Source: Thermoguttaceae bacterium (GTDB lineage Bacteria; Planctomycetota; Planctomycetia; Pirellulales; Thermoguttaceae). Taken from it: a stretch of 64,000 nt of DNA. The DNA lies in contig JAVBLI010000016.1 of the NCBI GenBank assembly GCA_031553595.1, positions 61,773 to 125,772 on the forward strand. Direction: 5' to 3'. Positions 1 to 11,834 of the stretch are shown in pieces (position 1 is the stretch's first letter; every line of letters begins with the position of its first letter). Position numbers and translations under genes: made by a program. Under the pieces are notes generated by a model. It did not search any database and was not told where the DNA came from. It was given only the letters and a program-made list of their open reading frames with translations.

Positions 1-45
1 TATAATATAATATTATTATGTATATTTCTTATCTCGGGTGTTAAA

Positions 46-1692
46 ATGAAACCGGTACATCATCACGCGTTATTTTCAGCGGGCCGGGTGGTTTTCGCGT
101 GCCTGTTTCTTTTTTTGTTGTCCGCGGGCATGTGTTTTTCAGAGGGAACGGATGCGGAGCCGGACGATTTCGAAATTTCTTTGCCGCCGGAGGTGGAATT
201 CTTTTCGCCGGAACTGTCGGATAATACGGATCTGATTCTGGAGCCGTTTTTCCCTGGCGGGGGAGGGGAGTCCGATGAATATCCGGAGGGCGAGGAAACG
301 CCGCTGCCGCCGCTGGCCTCCATGCAGGAATTTTGGGAGAGCAAAAACCTTTCCTTGTCCACGCGCGAAACATTTTATGACGGCACGGCATTTCAGCCGC
401 TGGAATCTTCGGTGCTGCCCAAGCTTTTTTATGAGTTGAGCGAGGCGCCGCCGCAGTATTTGTGGGCGTGGGCCAGGCCTGGCGAGGAGCTGGCGGATTT
501 TGAAACGCTTTCCCGGCCGCAGCGGACCGCTGCGCGTTTCGAATTATATCATGTCACGGGGACGCTGAAATCCATCCGCGAGGTGCCACTGCCGAAAGAG
601 CTGTTTTACACGCTGCGCCAGATGAGAAAATACTGGATCGTGCAGATGGAACTGGCGGACGGGCGGACGGTGGAGATGTACAGCCTGCGGGTGCCTCGGG
701 CGTTTCAGCCGCGGAAAGGGGTTCTGCCGCCGGGAATGCAGGATATGCGCGTCGGGGCGTATGCCGTCCTGATGAAGCTGGGGAGGGGAGAGCCGCCGCT
801 GATTTACATGCTTACGCACCGGCTGGAGTATTACCCGGATAATTTTCTCGGAAACCGCGGAATGGATTACGGGCTTTTTGATGACCTGGATCGGCAGCCG
901 CTGAATCCGCAGGAGATGCGCTCGCGGACGGCGGATATTCGCTTGGGTGTGCATAACCGGGAATGTTTTTATCGCCTGCTGTACTGCGTTTCCAACATTC
1001 CTCGGAAAGACTTAAAGCAGCATTCCGTGGAGGTGCTTCTTGAGTCGCCGGCCGACCGCCTCACGCCGGACGGAAAATACAGTCACCCGTTGCCGCTGTT
1101 TCAGAGACCGGTGGATGAGCGTGGAAATTATTTTCTGATCCGCGGAACGGCGAAAGAAGTCCTTTCCATCCGCGTGGAGGAGGAGGATATCATCGAGCGT
1201 TTCGGCATCACCGGGTATTATCAGATGGCGATTTTCACGGCCGAGACGGGGGATAACCCGCTGTTTATCATGGTGACGGAACTGCCGGAGGGGATGAAGC
1301 CGGGGCATGATTCGGATTACTCGGTGGACGTGACCGTGCCGGCGTTTTTCTTTAATACCTGGGGATATTCCAGCCGAAACGAGGAAGGAAAACGTGTAAA
1401 ACGCCTCACGCCGCTGCTGATGGGGGGAAAGCCGATTTTTACGCCGCGGCAAGAACCCATTCGCGCCCGCTGGATTGAAATGCTGCTGGCGATTTTTGTT
1501 GCCGGCGGGATTTTAGGGCTGGGATTTCTGCTGCTTTACTCGGAACGGAAAGAGCAGGCCCTGCGGAAAAAACTGCTGCGTTCGCGCGGTCTGCCGGAAG
1601 GGGAAGTGCTGGATGAAACGAAATTTGACCGCACCGGATACCCGGATTTCACTCGCTGGGGCGAAGACGCGGCGGATGATAAAAAACCGTGA
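46..1692 (+). CDS. hypothetical secreted / membrane-anchored protein
   Basis: Long ORF. Has an N-terminal hydrophobic signal-like segment (VVFACLFLFLLSAGMCFS) and one C-terminal TM helix (WIEMLLAIFVAGGILGLGFLLLY) followed by a charged tail. No family recognised by eye. Confidence 0.6.
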   Translation: MKPVHHHALFSAGRVVFACLFLFLLSAGMCFSEGTDAEPDDFEISLPPEVEFFSPELSDNTDLILEPFFPGGGGESDEYPEGEETPLPPLASMQEFWESKNLSLSTRETFYDGTAFQPLESSVLPKLFYELSEAPPQYLWAWARPGEELADFETLSRPQRTAARFELYHVTGTLKSIREVPLPKELFYTLRQMRKYWIVQMELADGRTVEMYSLRVPRAFQPRKGVLPPGMQDMRVGAYAVLMKLGRGEPPLIYMLTHRLEYYPDNFLGNRGMDYGLFDDLDRQPLNPQEMRSRTADIRLGVHNRECFYRLLYCVSNIPRKDLKQHSVEVLLESPADRLTPDGKYSHPLPLFQRPVDERGNYFLIRGTAKEVLSIRVEEEDIIERFGITGYYQMAIFTAETGDNPLFIMVTELPEGMKPGHDSDYSVDVTVPAFFFNTWGYSSRNEEGKRVKRLTPLLMGGKPIFTPRQEPIRARWIEMLLAIFVAGGILGLGFLLLYSERKEQALRKKLLRSRGLPEGEVLDETKFDRTGYPDFTRWGEDAADDKKP

Positions 1693-1716
1693 AAAACGGC
1701 GTATTTTTACTTTTAA

Positions 1717-2682
<966 letters not shown>

Positions 2683-2683
2683 T

Positions 2684-2776
2684 GAAAATGAGAAATAAAG
2701 GAATAAAGAAATAAAAAAATGTTAAAAAAACGCTTGCGCAATTTTTCATTCTTTTATTTCTTTATTTCTCATTTTC
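2684..2776. repeat. AT-rich 'word-repeat' hairpin (element A) after mdh; probable transcript 3' structure
   Basis: Left arm gaaaatgagaaataaaggaataaagaaataaaa pairs imperfectly with right arm ttttatttctttatttctcattttc. The loop contains cgcttgcg, the core shared with elements at 12881, 57136 and 63741. Confidence 0.55.
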
Positions 2777-2796
2777 AGTGGCGCGGAGAAAACGGT

Positions 2797-3945
2797 ATGA
2801 AGATAATCTCCTGTCTGGCGGTGATTTTGTTTCTTTCGTCGCCCGTGTTCGCGCTGGATAAGGTGGTCTGGAAGCCGAAACCGGATGCGGAGGCGCGGAC
2901 GGCGGAAGGGCGGGCGCTGGAGGTGGCGCAGGACGGCGGTATTCTGTTCCAGTTTCGTGACGGATCGGTGGAGGCCATGGAGCCGGGGGTGATCGTGAAG
3001 GCCACCCGCACCGAGGCGCCTTTCGTGCCCATGACGCAGGATGAAATCGGGGCGAACGTGCTGGCCGAGCTGCCCGCCGGGTTTAAAGTTCATAAAACCG
3101 CGAATTATGTGGTCTGTTATAACACCTCGCAGGAGTACGCCCGGTGGTGCGCCCTGCTGATGGAACGTCTTTACGAGTGTTTCGGCTCGTACTGGAAAAA
3201 CCAGAAACGCGCCCTCACGGAGCCGGAATTTCCGCTGGTGCTGATCATTTTTGCGGATAAAAAGCAGTACCTGACGTACGGAAAAGAGGATCTCGGGGGC
3301 GCTGCGGACGCCATCGTCGGCTATTACAGTTACGCCACGAATCGGATTGCGTGTTATGATCTCACGGGGCGGGAGAATCATGCGGGAGGCCGTAAAACCG
3401 GGACGCTGACGGGGGTGACGCAGGAAATTCTGAAACGGCCGGACGCGCAGAGCCAGGTGGCGACGATTATTCATGAGGCCACCCACCAGCTGGCGTTTAA
3501 CCGTGGGCTGATTCGCCGATATGCGGATGTGCCGCTGTGGTTTAACGAGGGAATTTCCATGTTTTTCGAGGTGCCGGACATGAAAAACACGAAAGGCTGG
3601 GCGGGCGTGGGGAAGGTGAATCCGCTGCGGATGCCGCAGTACAAGGAATATTTAGGCCGCCGTCAGATGGGGGCGCTGCGGAAAATGCTGACGGATGATG
3701 ATGTGCTCCGCCGCCCCGCGACGACCGCGGACGGTTACGCGGAAGCATGGGCGCTGACGTATTTTTTGCAAAAAACGCAGCGAGAGAAATATGTAAAATA
3801 TTCAGAATTGATTTCCGCGAAGAAAACGCTGCGGTGGGATACGCCGGAAGGGCGGATACGTGATTTTGAATCTTGCTTCGGAAACGTGGATGAACTGGAG
3901 ACCGCGTTCGTCCGGTACATGCGGCGGAATGATGGAAAACTTTAA
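2797..3945 (+). CDS. DUF1570-like secreted protein with HExxH motif (putative metallopeptidase-like)
   Basis: Start chosen at MKIISCLAVILFLSSPVFA (signal peptide); the ORF track begins at 2719. IIHEATHQLAFN contains HExxH. Overall resemblance to planctomycete DUF1570 proteins is judged from memory. Confidence 0.65.
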   Translation: MKIISCLAVILFLSSPVFALDKVVWKPKPDAEARTAEGRALEVAQDGGILFQFRDGSVEAMEPGVIVKATRTEAPFVPMTQDEIGANVLAELPAGFKVHKTANYVVCYNTSQEYARWCALLMERLYECFGSYWKNQKRALTEPEFPLVLIIFADKKQYLTYGKEDLGGAADAIVGYYSYATNRIACYDLTGRENHAGGRKTGTLTGVTQEILKRPDAQSQVATIIHEATHQLAFNRGLIRRYADVPLWFNEGISMFFEVPDMKNTKGWAGVGKVNPLRMPQYKEYLGRRQMGALRKMLTDDDVLRRPATTADGYAEAWALTYFLQKTQREKYVKYSELISAKKTLRWDTPEGRIRDFESCFGNVDELETAFVRYMRRNDGKL

Positions 3946-4435
3946 CAGTTTTGCCAAGATACGTCTTTTTTCTGAAAAAAACCTTCTTTCTTTAAAGAAA
4001 AATCTTTCCTGTTTTGCATAAACGTCCCTGTCTTGTGCTTTTTTGACAAAGTTTTTTTGGAAAACATAAAATTCGTGTTTCCTGTTCTTCGAAAAAATGT
4101 TATAGTTATTCTGTTGCACCTTCTCGTGGTGTGCGACACAGGAAAGGAATGGAGATTTTCTCGGAAGGATTCGGTATGGAAATCATTATTTGGACACTAA
4201 ACATTACTTTTTTCGCCCTCTGGACGCTGGTCGGGGCTATTATGATTCGTTAAATTCTGTATATACTGCTTATTTCCAGATAAAAGAATTTTGCACTATT
4301 TTAAATACGTCATTTCCGACTTCTTTCGTCCGTGATGATGACACGGTGAGCGCTTTTGCATTACCTCCCGGCAACGTCACGATTCTATTTTGCACGCGTT
4401 TCTCTTCATAAAACGTGGTAAATTCTTCCCATTTT

Positions 4436-4464
4436 TTGCTTTTCGCGGAAAAATAGAGTATAAT
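4436..4464 (+). promoter_or_regulatory. candidate sigma70-type promoter upstream of glgA
   Basis: TTGCTT (4436-4441), 17-nt spacer, TATAAT (4459-4464), about 55 nt upstream of the glgA ATG. Confidence 0.3.
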
Positions 4465-4517
4465 AAGGAAAATAATTGTGCCATGCTATTTAAATTGATT
4501 GAAATTGGGACGAAAAA

Positions 4518-6026
4518 ATGAATATTTTGATTGCGACCAGTGAGGCGGCGCCGCTGGCGAAGACGGGCGGTCTGGCGGATGTTTGCGGGGCGCTGCCGAA
4601 AGCGCTGAAAAAGTTGGGCCATAACCCCGTGCTCATCATGCCGGCTTATCAGTGCACGCGGAAGTACCCCATGGAGTCGACGGGGCTGGAGGTCTCTGTC
4701 TGGATTAGTGGGACGGAATATAAAGGCCTGATCCTAAAATGCGAGGTTCCGCAGATCGGTGTGCCTGTTTATCTGATTGAGCATCACAGTTTTTTTGATC
4801 GGGACGGGCTGTACAATCATGATAATCATGATTACGGCGACAACTGCGAGCGTTTCGTGTTTTTTTGTCGGGCGGTGATGGAGGCGATTCGCCTGTTGGA
4901 GCTGGAGGTGGACATTTTGCACGTCAACGACTGGCAGACGGGCCTGCTGCCGGCCATTTTGCATTTGCAGTACCGCGGCATGGCCCCCGGCTACGAAAAC
5001 ATCGCGTCCCTGCTGACCATCCATAATATCGCGTACCAGGGCAATTTCCCCGCGCCATGCATGTCGCTGACGGGCCTGCACTGGAAATACTTTAACTGGC
5101 TTCAGATGGAGTGCTTCGATCAGCTGAATCTGCTGAAGACGGGCGTCGTCTTCGCGGACGGCGTGACCACCGTCAGCCCGAATTACGTGAACGAAATCAC
5201 GCAGTCGCCTGGTGGTAACGGCCTGGAGGGGGTGCTCAAAAGCCGGTGGGATTCACTCTGGGGAATTGTTAACGGCATCGACACCGACGAGTGGAATCCC
5301 GAGACGGATCCGCTTTTGCCGCACCATTATAATGTGGAGACGGTGTTCGAGCAGAAGCCGCTGAATAAGGTGGCGCTGCAGCGGCAGTTGCGGCTGCCGG
5401 AGCGCATGGACGTGCCCATGGTGGGGCTGGTGGGCCGACTTTCGCATCAAAAAGGGTTCGACATCGCGATCGAGCTGATTCACCGCAAAGGCCACTGGGA
5501 AGACATTCAGTGGGTGCTTCTGGGCTCCGGCGACAAGCGGATGGAAAACGAGCTTTACCAACTCGCGGCCAAGTATCCCCAGCGGGTCGCGGTGGCGGCC
5601 TGTTACTCGAACGAACTGGCGCACCAAATTATCGGGGCTAGCGACATTTTCCTCATGCCCAGCCGGTTCGAGCCGTGCGGGCTGACCCAGCTTTACAGCC
5701 TGCGTTACGGGACGATTCCGGTGGTGCACGCGACGGGTGGGCTGGTGGACACGGTGGTGGACATGACAGACGAAACACTCGCTGACGGGACCGCCACGGG
5801 CATTCATTTTCGCCATCCGGATGTGGAGGGGGCGGCGTGGGCCATCGACAGTGCGGTGGGCAAGTACCGCCATAACCGTCCAGCGTGGGAGCAGATGATG
5901 CGCACCGGCATGACAACCGACGTTTCCTGGGAGAAAAGCGCCCGGCGCTATGTGGAGATTTACGAGCGCATCCGCCGTCACACCCCGGCCGCGAACGGCA
6001 AGAAAAGCAAAAAGAAAACGTCTTGA
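4518..6026 (+). CDS. glgA: glycogen (starch) synthase, ADP-glucose type
   Basis: N-terminal MNILIATSEAAPLAKTGGLADV (KTGGL motif). Also HNIAYQG, the GLVGRLSHQKG block and a C-terminal PSRFEPCGLTQLY motif. Confidence 0.9.
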   Translation: MNILIATSEAAPLAKTGGLADVCGALPKALKKLGHNPVLIMPAYQCTRKYPMESTGLEVSVWISGTEYKGLILKCEVPQIGVPVYLIEHHSFFDRDGLYNHDNHDYGDNCERFVFFCRAVMEAIRLLELEVDILHVNDWQTGLLPAILHLQYRGMAPGYENIASLLTIHNIAYQGNFPAPCMSLTGLHWKYFNWLQMECFDQLNLLKTGVVFADGVTTVSPNYVNEITQSPGGNGLEGVLKSRWDSLWGIVNGIDTDEWNPETDPLLPHHYNVETVFEQKPLNKVALQRQLRLPERMDVPMVGLVGRLSHQKGFDIAIELIHRKGHWEDIQWVLLGSGDKRMENELYQLAAKYPQRVAVAACYSNELAHQIIGASDIFLMPSRFEPCGLTQLYSLRYGTIPVVHATGGLVDTVVDMTDETLADGTATGIHFRHPDVEGAAWAIDSAVGKYRHNRPAWEQMMRTGMTTDVSWEKSARRYVEIYERIRRHTPAANGKKSKKKTS

Positions 6027-6037
6027 GTGAAAGTGAA

Positions 6038-6079
6038 AGAGCCGCAAGTGCATCGCAGCGTAACTTGCGGCTCTTTTTT
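6038..6079 (+). terminator. Rho-independent terminator after glgA
   Basis: 12-bp perfect stem agagccgcaagt / acttgcggctct, followed by a run of six T (6074-6079). Lies between convergent genes. Confidence 0.7.
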
Positions 6080-6090
6080 CGTTTACTTCC

Positions 6091-7347
6091 CTAAGGAATC
6101 AGGAACACGAGGGCGGTGATGATACCGCCTTCGGCGATCGCAGACCGCATACTGACGGGCAGCGGATTCCATTTATACGGGGCACAGCTTCCCGGGCGAT
6201 AATGGCCCAGCGGGTACTGGCATTCGTTGACCGGCTCGATCGCGATCAGCGACGGCAGCATGGGGATCGTCAGCAGGAACTGGCCTGCCGAGAGGATCGG
6301 CTGCAGAACCGGGCCGGCAGTGTGGCCGTAACGCTCCAGGTCGGGCTGCTCGAAATACAGCGGGTTATGACACAGGTTCGACGCGGTCCAGGTGAACTGC
6401 GTGCCGGCAAACTGGCGCACCGGGAAAACTTCGTCGTTGGTCACCAGCGGGCACGTCGTCGGGAAAATCCCTTCCGGCGGCTTAATATTATTCGTGATCT
6501 CACGAATCGGCTTCATGTCGCGGCTGGATGGACAGCGGTCTTCAACGTACCCGTCCTGATGAAATCGCTTCCATGGATCATCGTCGTCGGCCGTCGAAGG
6601 CGGCATCGCGCCGACGCCTGATGGCGGCAGAATATTCGAATCGCCGTTCATATCCCGTGGAAATGTGGGAGCCGTGCCTGTTCTTCCGTTACGCTCCGAA
6701 CCGCTGAGGTCCGGACTTCCAATCGCTCTCGGTGAAGCAGCAGAATCACGACCATTCATCATGTCCACTCCCGCATCCGGGAGTTGGGGGAACCCGAATT
6801 CTTCCATCGGCAGTGCCGCGGGCATTTCGTCATCATCGCCGGCCAGGGCTCCCAGGCCGGGGGCTGCGCCGAGACCGCCGGGTAAAGGCAGCGAGCTGCG
6901 GGTGCGGGTATCCGCCACGGGGATGAAGGCCGCGGTGGCCGCCTCCCGCCGGGGCATCTGCACATTAGAGACCTGCCGCACACCGTAATTTTCGGGAGCG
7001 GTAATGATCACCGGCACGGCTTCGGCATGCTGAACCGGAATCGGCGTCAGCACCACGGTGTCTGACTGCGCTCCCTGCCAGTGAGAAGCCGTTTCCTGCA
7101 AAACCGGCTTCGCGGCCGTCTGCGTCCGCTGCACTTCGCGCCCCTGCGAAGCATGCACCGGAATCCATTTCAACTCGGCTCCACCCTGCGAAAGCGGCGT
7201 GTTTTCCGTTGCCGCGGAGGTGTACGAAACGATCTGTACCGTCGGCGCACGGCCGGGCGATTCAACGAAAACCGCCTGGCGAACCGGATAATCCCCCGCC
7301 TGAAGAATACTCGGCGAGGCACAGAATGCCAGCAGGCCCACCATCAT
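6091..7347 (-). CDS. hypothetical secreted protein with conserved Cys-containing C-terminal domain
   Basis: Start placed at MMVGLLAFCASPSILQA (signal-like). The longer ORF-track start at 7545 would overlap the guaB 3' end by 140 nt. The middle is Pro/Gly/Ala-rich and low-complexity; the C-terminus is hydrophobic. Confidence 0.55.
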   Translation of the reverse strand: MMVGLLAFCASPSILQAGDYPVRQAVFVESPGRAPTVQIVSYTSAATENTPLSQGGAELKWIPVHASQGREVQRTQTAAKPVLQETASHWQGAQSDTVVLTPIPVQHAEAVPVIITAPENYGVRQVSNVQMPRREAATAAFIPVADTRTRSSLPLPGGLGAAPGLGALAGDDDEMPAALPMEEFGFPQLPDAGVDMMNGRDSAASPRAIGSPDLSGSERNGRTGTAPTFPRDMNGDSNILPPSGVGAMPPSTADDDDPWKRFHQDGYVEDRCPSSRDMKPIREITNNIKPPEGIFPTTCPLVTNDEVFPVRQFAGTQFTWTASNLCHNPLYFEQPDLERYGHTAGPVLQPILSAGQFLLTIPMLPSLIAIEPVNECQYPLGHYRPGSCAPYKWNPLPVSMRSAIAEGGIITALVFLIP

Positions 7348-7405
7348 GGAAAGCCTGCGCGGCAACAAATTTTTCTTTACGAAACCAAGCACCGAACGAC
7401 CCGGC

Positions 7406-8869
7406 TCAGCCGAAATCCTCCGATGTGTAATTAGGGGCTTCCTGCGTAATTTTAATGTCATGGGGATGATTCTCCCGAACGCTTGCCGGCGAAATCTGGA
7501 CGAACCGCGCTTCTGTACGAAGCTCGTCAATACTCCGCGTACCACAATATCCCATACCAGCCCTAAGCCCCCCTATGAGCTGATAAACGAATGGCCCCAG
7601 CTTTCCGCGATACGGCACCTGGCCTTCCACGCCCTCCGGAACCAACTTGTCCGGGCCGGCGGCCGACTGCCGATAACGATCACTGGAACCCTTCACCATC
7701 GCGCCAAGCGATCCCATTCCGCGGTAATACTTATATTGTCGTCCCTGGTAAAAAACCGTCGTCCCGGGGCTCTCTTCCAATCCAGCGAGAAGACCGCCGA
7801 GCATGACAACATTCGCACCGGCGGCAATCGCTTTCGTGATGTCGCCGGAATAACGGATTCCTCCGTCCGCAATAACGGATACGCCTGACCCCTCGACGGC
7901 TTTCGCCGCCTGGTAGATGGCGGAAATCTGAGGAACTCCCACACCCGAAACAACCCGCGTCGTGCAGATCGAACCGGGCCCGATCCCCACCTTGATGGCG
8001 TCCGCACCCGCTTTCACGAGATCACGCGCCGCATCCTCGGTGGCAATGTTACCCACGATCAAATCAATGTCCCAATCTTTCTTGATCTTTTTTGTGGAAT
8101 CAAGAACATTTTTCGAATGGCCGTGGGCGCTATCCATCACCAGCACGTCCACTCCCATCTTGATCAGCTTCTCCACGCGTTCGTAATCGTGGACGCCGAC
8201 CGCGGCACCGACGCGAAGCCGGCCGCTGGAGTCTTTGCAGGCATGAGGATAACTTCTCATCATATCGATATCCTTGATCGTGATGAGTCCCTTCAATATA
8301 TAATTATCGTCAACCAGCAGAAGTTTCTCCACCTTTTTTTTCATTAAAATTTTCTCAGCTTCCTTAAGTGTTACTTTTCCTGAAAACGTCACAAGGTGCT
8401 TCTTTGTCATAACTTCGCTAATCGGAATATCTGAAACCTCCAGAAACCGCAGATCCCGGCGGGTGATGATCCCCTCCAGATGGCCGTTCTCCAGCGTGAT
8501 CGGAATCCCGGAAACACGGCTTTCGTCCATCAATTTACGGGCGTCACTGACTTTCGCGTCCGGGCGGAGCGTGGCGGGGTTCGTGATGATGCCGTTCGCC
8601 GTACGCTTCACTTTCACCACTTCCGCCACCTGCTGGGCGATGGAAAGATTTTTGTGTATGATTCCGATTCCTCCCTCCTGGGCCAATGCGATGGCCATGG
8701 CACTTTCTGTAACGGTATCCATCGGGGAACTCAAAATCGGGATATTCAGGCAGATGGATTTCGTCAGATGCGTGGAGACATCCGCTTCTGAGGGAACGAA
8801 TTCACTGTAACGCGGCTCGAGCAGCACATCATCGAACGTAATCCCGCGATATTTAATTTTATCTACCAT
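7406..8869 (-). CDS. guaB: inosine-5'-monophosphate dehydrogenase
   Basis: [19 protein letters not shown] start, a CBS pair region, the catalytic loop [11 protein letters not shown] and GGIRYSGD. Start trimmed from the ORF-track 8911 to the MVDK ATG. Confidence 0.93.
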   Translation of the reverse strand: MVDKIKYRGITFDDVLLEPRYSEFVPSEADVSTHLTKSICLNIPILSSPMDTVTESAMAIALAQEGGIGIIHKNLSIAQQVAEVVKVKRTANGIITNPATLRPDAKVSDARKLMDESRVSGIPITLENGHLEGIITRRDLRFLEVSDIPISEVMTKKHLVTFSGKVTLKEAEKILMKKKVEKLLLVDDNYILKGLITIKDIDMMRSYPHACKDSSGRLRVGAAVGVHDYERVEKLIKMGVDVLVMDSAHGHSKNVLDSTKKIKKDWDIDLIVGNIATEDAARDLVKAGADAIKVGIGPGSICTTRVVSGVGVPQISAIYQAAKAVEGSGVSVIADGGIRYSGDITKAIAAGANVVMLGGLLAGLEESPGTTVFYQGRQYKYYRGMGSLGAMVKGSSDRYRQSAAGPDKLVPEGVEGQVPYRGKLGPFVYQLIGGLRAGMGYCGTRSIDELRTEARFVQISPASVRENHPHDIKITQEAPNYTSEDFG

Positions 8870-9026
8870 GGTTTCTCCTTTCGAACCGGCCCGGCGTGAA
8901 TGGGTGCGCACTAAATGGTCTGTGTAAAACCCATTATTTTAATCGCGCATTTAAATAATGAAAAGGGGGAGGGCCGACTTGCGAAAAAATCGAAAATCGG
9001 CTCTCCCCCTGCAATTTACGCTGTGT

Positions 9027-11468
9027 TTACTCCGCGTCATCCTGCCTGAGACTCTTGTCCATCATCATTTTCAGGTAAACCTGAAGAAGATTTTTCGATA
9101 ACGCATGCGGCGTCGCGGAGAAAAAGTGACCATTTTGGCCCGAAACGGTGGTCACCGCCAGGGTGGAGGGCGTGTCGGACGCCAGTGGTGAGGGAAGCGG
9201 ATGAGGCAGTTCCGGGGCATAATTCGCGCGAATAATGTCGCACAAAAACTGAATCCGCACCCCATCCAGACGCAGGGCGGTGCGGACGATATTCTTTTCC
9301 GGCGAGGCGACTTCCTCACAGATGGCGTTCCATTCATCACGCCAATCGGGGTGGACGCCGGTGACCGAACCGGGTTTCTGGAACGCCACGGGTACGAATT
9401 TTCCAGGCGTACCGTTTTCCGAATGCGGAATTCCCGTCGGCACGGCACTCGGCCGCGGAGCCGGCTGCGGAGTATTCCCCGGTGGGAGCGGCGCTTCTGA
9501 CTCCGGAATGTACTGGGCGCGAACGCGTTCCCAGTTATTTTTCGCCGCCCGCAGAACGTTTTCATTACCCGGGACGATTAAAATATGATTTCCGTCTAAA
9601 AGAAGCACCAAATTCCGTTTCGCCAGCAGCGGATCGGGCCCGCCAGTGGCCTCCCGATTCATGAATTGCGCGAGGACGTCCTGAAATCCGTTCTGCAAGT
9701 CGCCGGTCTGGAGGCCGATTACGCCGCGCTGAAGCAGGGTGGTCAGACGGAAATCGCCGTCAAAACCGCGGTGTGAGAAGTCACCGGCCTGCTCGGCCCG
9801 CATTTTTTTCATTTCCCGGGCATAAAGTTCGAGATCTGAAATATACAGCGAATATCCGTCAAAATCATAAACCTTCATTCCCTCATTCGCCCCGGCGTTT
9901 CGGCCGATCTTCTCTCCGATTCGTGAGCCGATTTCACCGCCACGCTGCGCCGCCGCCTGCGGATCTGCCAGGGGCAGGCGGACGGGGCGGTTATTCGCCG
10001 CACGCCGGGACTGCCGGGCGGAGCGACCGTTGGCGAGATTTTCCGCTATTTTCGCACCTAAATCACCCAGCGCCGAGGCGCCGATATAACTGCCCACTAA
10101 TTCCGCCTTGGGCAGGATCAGCTCCGTCACGAACGCCTGCGCGTCATCCACCTCCAGAAAAAAGCACCACTGCTCGGCCAGCAACTCGCCCTGACCCGGC
10201 AGCGCCAGCGAGAATTCCACGTGGCGGACCCGGTCAAACGGCGCTTCAAGCTTCGCGGCCACGCTCTGGGTGATGTCTGCCTGCCCGGCAAACGGCGCGG
10301 GAACGTCCGGGACGATTTTCAGAAAGTTGCCCGTCTCCAGCGTCGTATTTACCAGCGGCCCGGTGGTGTCCCGCACCTGAACCATCAGCGGGGAATTCGG
10401 CTTGGGCTGGAGCGTGACGGAAGTCAGCGTGGTGTCTTTCTTGACACACATGTCCACCCGCACCCCGGCCAGGTTCTGCTCCATCCAGCGTATGGCGACA
10501 TGCGCCCGGTCATAATAACCCTCCGCCATATCCAGCTCGGGATCCGGAATTTTCAGGGATTTCATGGCCTCCGAGAACACCGGCGAAAAATCCTCCAACG
10601 CGATTTTCCCCAGATCAAGCAGGTGCTGAATGCCGGCGGAGGTAAGCTCCAGCGAAAGATGCGAATTCTTCATCGCGCATGGCGTGGCGGGATGCGTCTG
10701 CGCGTATGACTTGGCCTGCCATAATTGCAGCATGGTTTCTTTCGAGACCGGCTCGACGACGAACGCGTACCCATTTTTTTCGAAAACCTGATGTTTTTCC
10801 GGTAATTGCACCACGGAAACATACCCGGCGCGCATCGGCTCCGGGAATTTTTCGGGGTTCTCCCCCAGCGCGAAGACAAATTTTTTGTAATCCCGCACCG
10901 GCAGGATGATCACCCGGGCCATCAGATTTCCGTAAGGCACGTACACCACCGCGGCCTGGCCTTTCATGTCCACATGCGCCGCCGCCCTTCCGTAAGCGGA
11001 AAGCTGAATCCACTCCAGCGGTCCCACATTACCCAGCCCCAACTGAGCGAAAAGATACCGTCCCCGCTGATTCAGCACTTCCAGCGCCGTGGTTCGCACG
11101 ATCAAAAGCGCGTGGTCCGGAATCATTTCCTCCAGCGCAACCCGCGGAATTTCAGACTCCACGGCCGGCAGCGCGGCGCCGTCTTTTTTACGCGAAAAGC
11201 CGGGAATAACGAGTGTGCCGGGATTTTTCCCCGCACCAGGCGATTTTTTAGCGTCTTTCGGCGTTTTTGCTGCGACCGGCTCCGTAACCGTTTCCTGAAC
11301 CTCCGTCCGTGGAGTATCCGCGTCTTCAAAACCCGCAAAAACCTCCATTTCGTCGGCTACCGGCTCCGCCGATTCTTCCGCGTGCAGCGAGTGAGCGGTG
11401 AAAAATACAGCCGCGGCAGTAAAAAAAGCCCCTAAAAAGATAAACCCCGTGTTATATTTGTGTTTCAT
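9027..11468 (-). CDS. hypothetical secreted protein (813 aa)
   Basis: Start at MKHKYNTGFIFLGAFFTAAAVFFTAHSLHA (signal peptide). Long uninterrupted ORF; no family recognised. Confidence 0.6.
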   Translation of the reverse strand: MKHKYNTGFIFLGAFFTAAAVFFTAHSLHAEESAEPVADEMEVFAGFEDADTPRTEVQETVTEPVAAKTPKDAKKSPGAGKNPGTLVIPGFSRKKDGAALPAVESEIPRVALEEMIPDHALLIVRTTALEVLNQRGRYLFAQLGLGNVGPLEWIQLSAYGRAAAHVDMKGQAAVVYVPYGNLMARVIILPVRDYKKFVFALGENPEKFPEPMRAGYVSVVQLPEKHQVFEKNGYAFVVEPVSKETMLQLWQAKSYAQTHPATPCAMKNSHLSLELTSAGIQHLLDLGKIALEDFSPVFSEAMKSLKIPDPELDMAEGYYDRAHVAIRWMEQNLAGVRVDMCVKKDTTLTSVTLQPKPNSPLMVQVRDTTGPLVNTTLETGNFLKIVPDVPAPFAGQADITQSVAAKLEAPFDRVRHVEFSLALPGQGELLAEQWCFFLEVDDAQAFVTELILPKAELVGSYIGASALGDLGAKIAENLANGRSARQSRRAANNRPVRLPLADPQAAAQRGGEIGSRIGEKIGRNAGANEGMKVYDFDGYSLYISDLELYAREMKKMRAEQAGDFSHRGFDGDFRLTTLLQRGVIGLQTGDLQNGFQDVLAQFMNREATGGPDPLLAKRNLVLLLDGNHILIVPGNENVLRAAKNNWERVRAQYIPESEAPLPPGNTPQPAPRPSAVPTGIPHSENGTPGKFVPVAFQKPGSVTGVHPDWRDEWNAICEEVASPEKNIVRTALRLDGVRIQFLCDIIRANYAPELPHPLPSPLASDTPSTLAVTTVSGQNGHFFSATPHALSKNLLQVYLKMMMDKSLRQDDAE

Positions 11469-11600
11469 GATTCGCCCTTTCCTGATAAATATAAATATAA
11501 TGGAATGAAAAGATGCATGCGCCGCCGTGCGGCCTCTCTCTATTATCATACACACTCCGCAGCCCGGCGTCTAGTGCACATCCAGAATCAGTGTCGTCAC

Positions 11601-11720
11601 GAAACAGCAGCCGGGAGCGCAGCGGAACGCAGTGACGCGAAGAGACCGGATAGAACCGCTGGATTTTTCGCCACTTCGATCCGGTCTCTGCGCTAACGCT
11701 CCGCTTCCGGCTGCTGTTCT
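11601..11720. repeat. long palindromic intergenic repeat, family E, copy 1
   Basis: Arms aaacagcagccgggagcgcagcggaacgcagtgacgcgaagagaccggat and atccggtctctgcgctaacgctccgcttccggctgctgtt flank a centre containing cgccacttc. Lies in a divergent promoter region. Confidence 0.8.
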
Positions 11721-11834
11721 TATGGGAAAATGAACCTGATAACACCTTTACGAAAGTCCGTCCTTGCAAGGAGCACGCGAATTGGTAAAATAAAGGTAGA
11801 GAGAAAAAGCACCCTTTCCTTAAGGAGAAAAATC

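Noticed and set aside
4190-4411. 73-aa ORF in the AT-rich spacer upstream of glgA.
   Set aside because: The composition is unlike the GC-rich genes of this window, and there is no RBS or recognisable motif.
7348-7545. Longer N-terminal extension of the 6091..7545 (-) ORF.
   Set aside because: It would overlap the 3' end of guaB by 140 nt. The internal MMVGLLAFCASPSILQA start gives a normal signal peptide.
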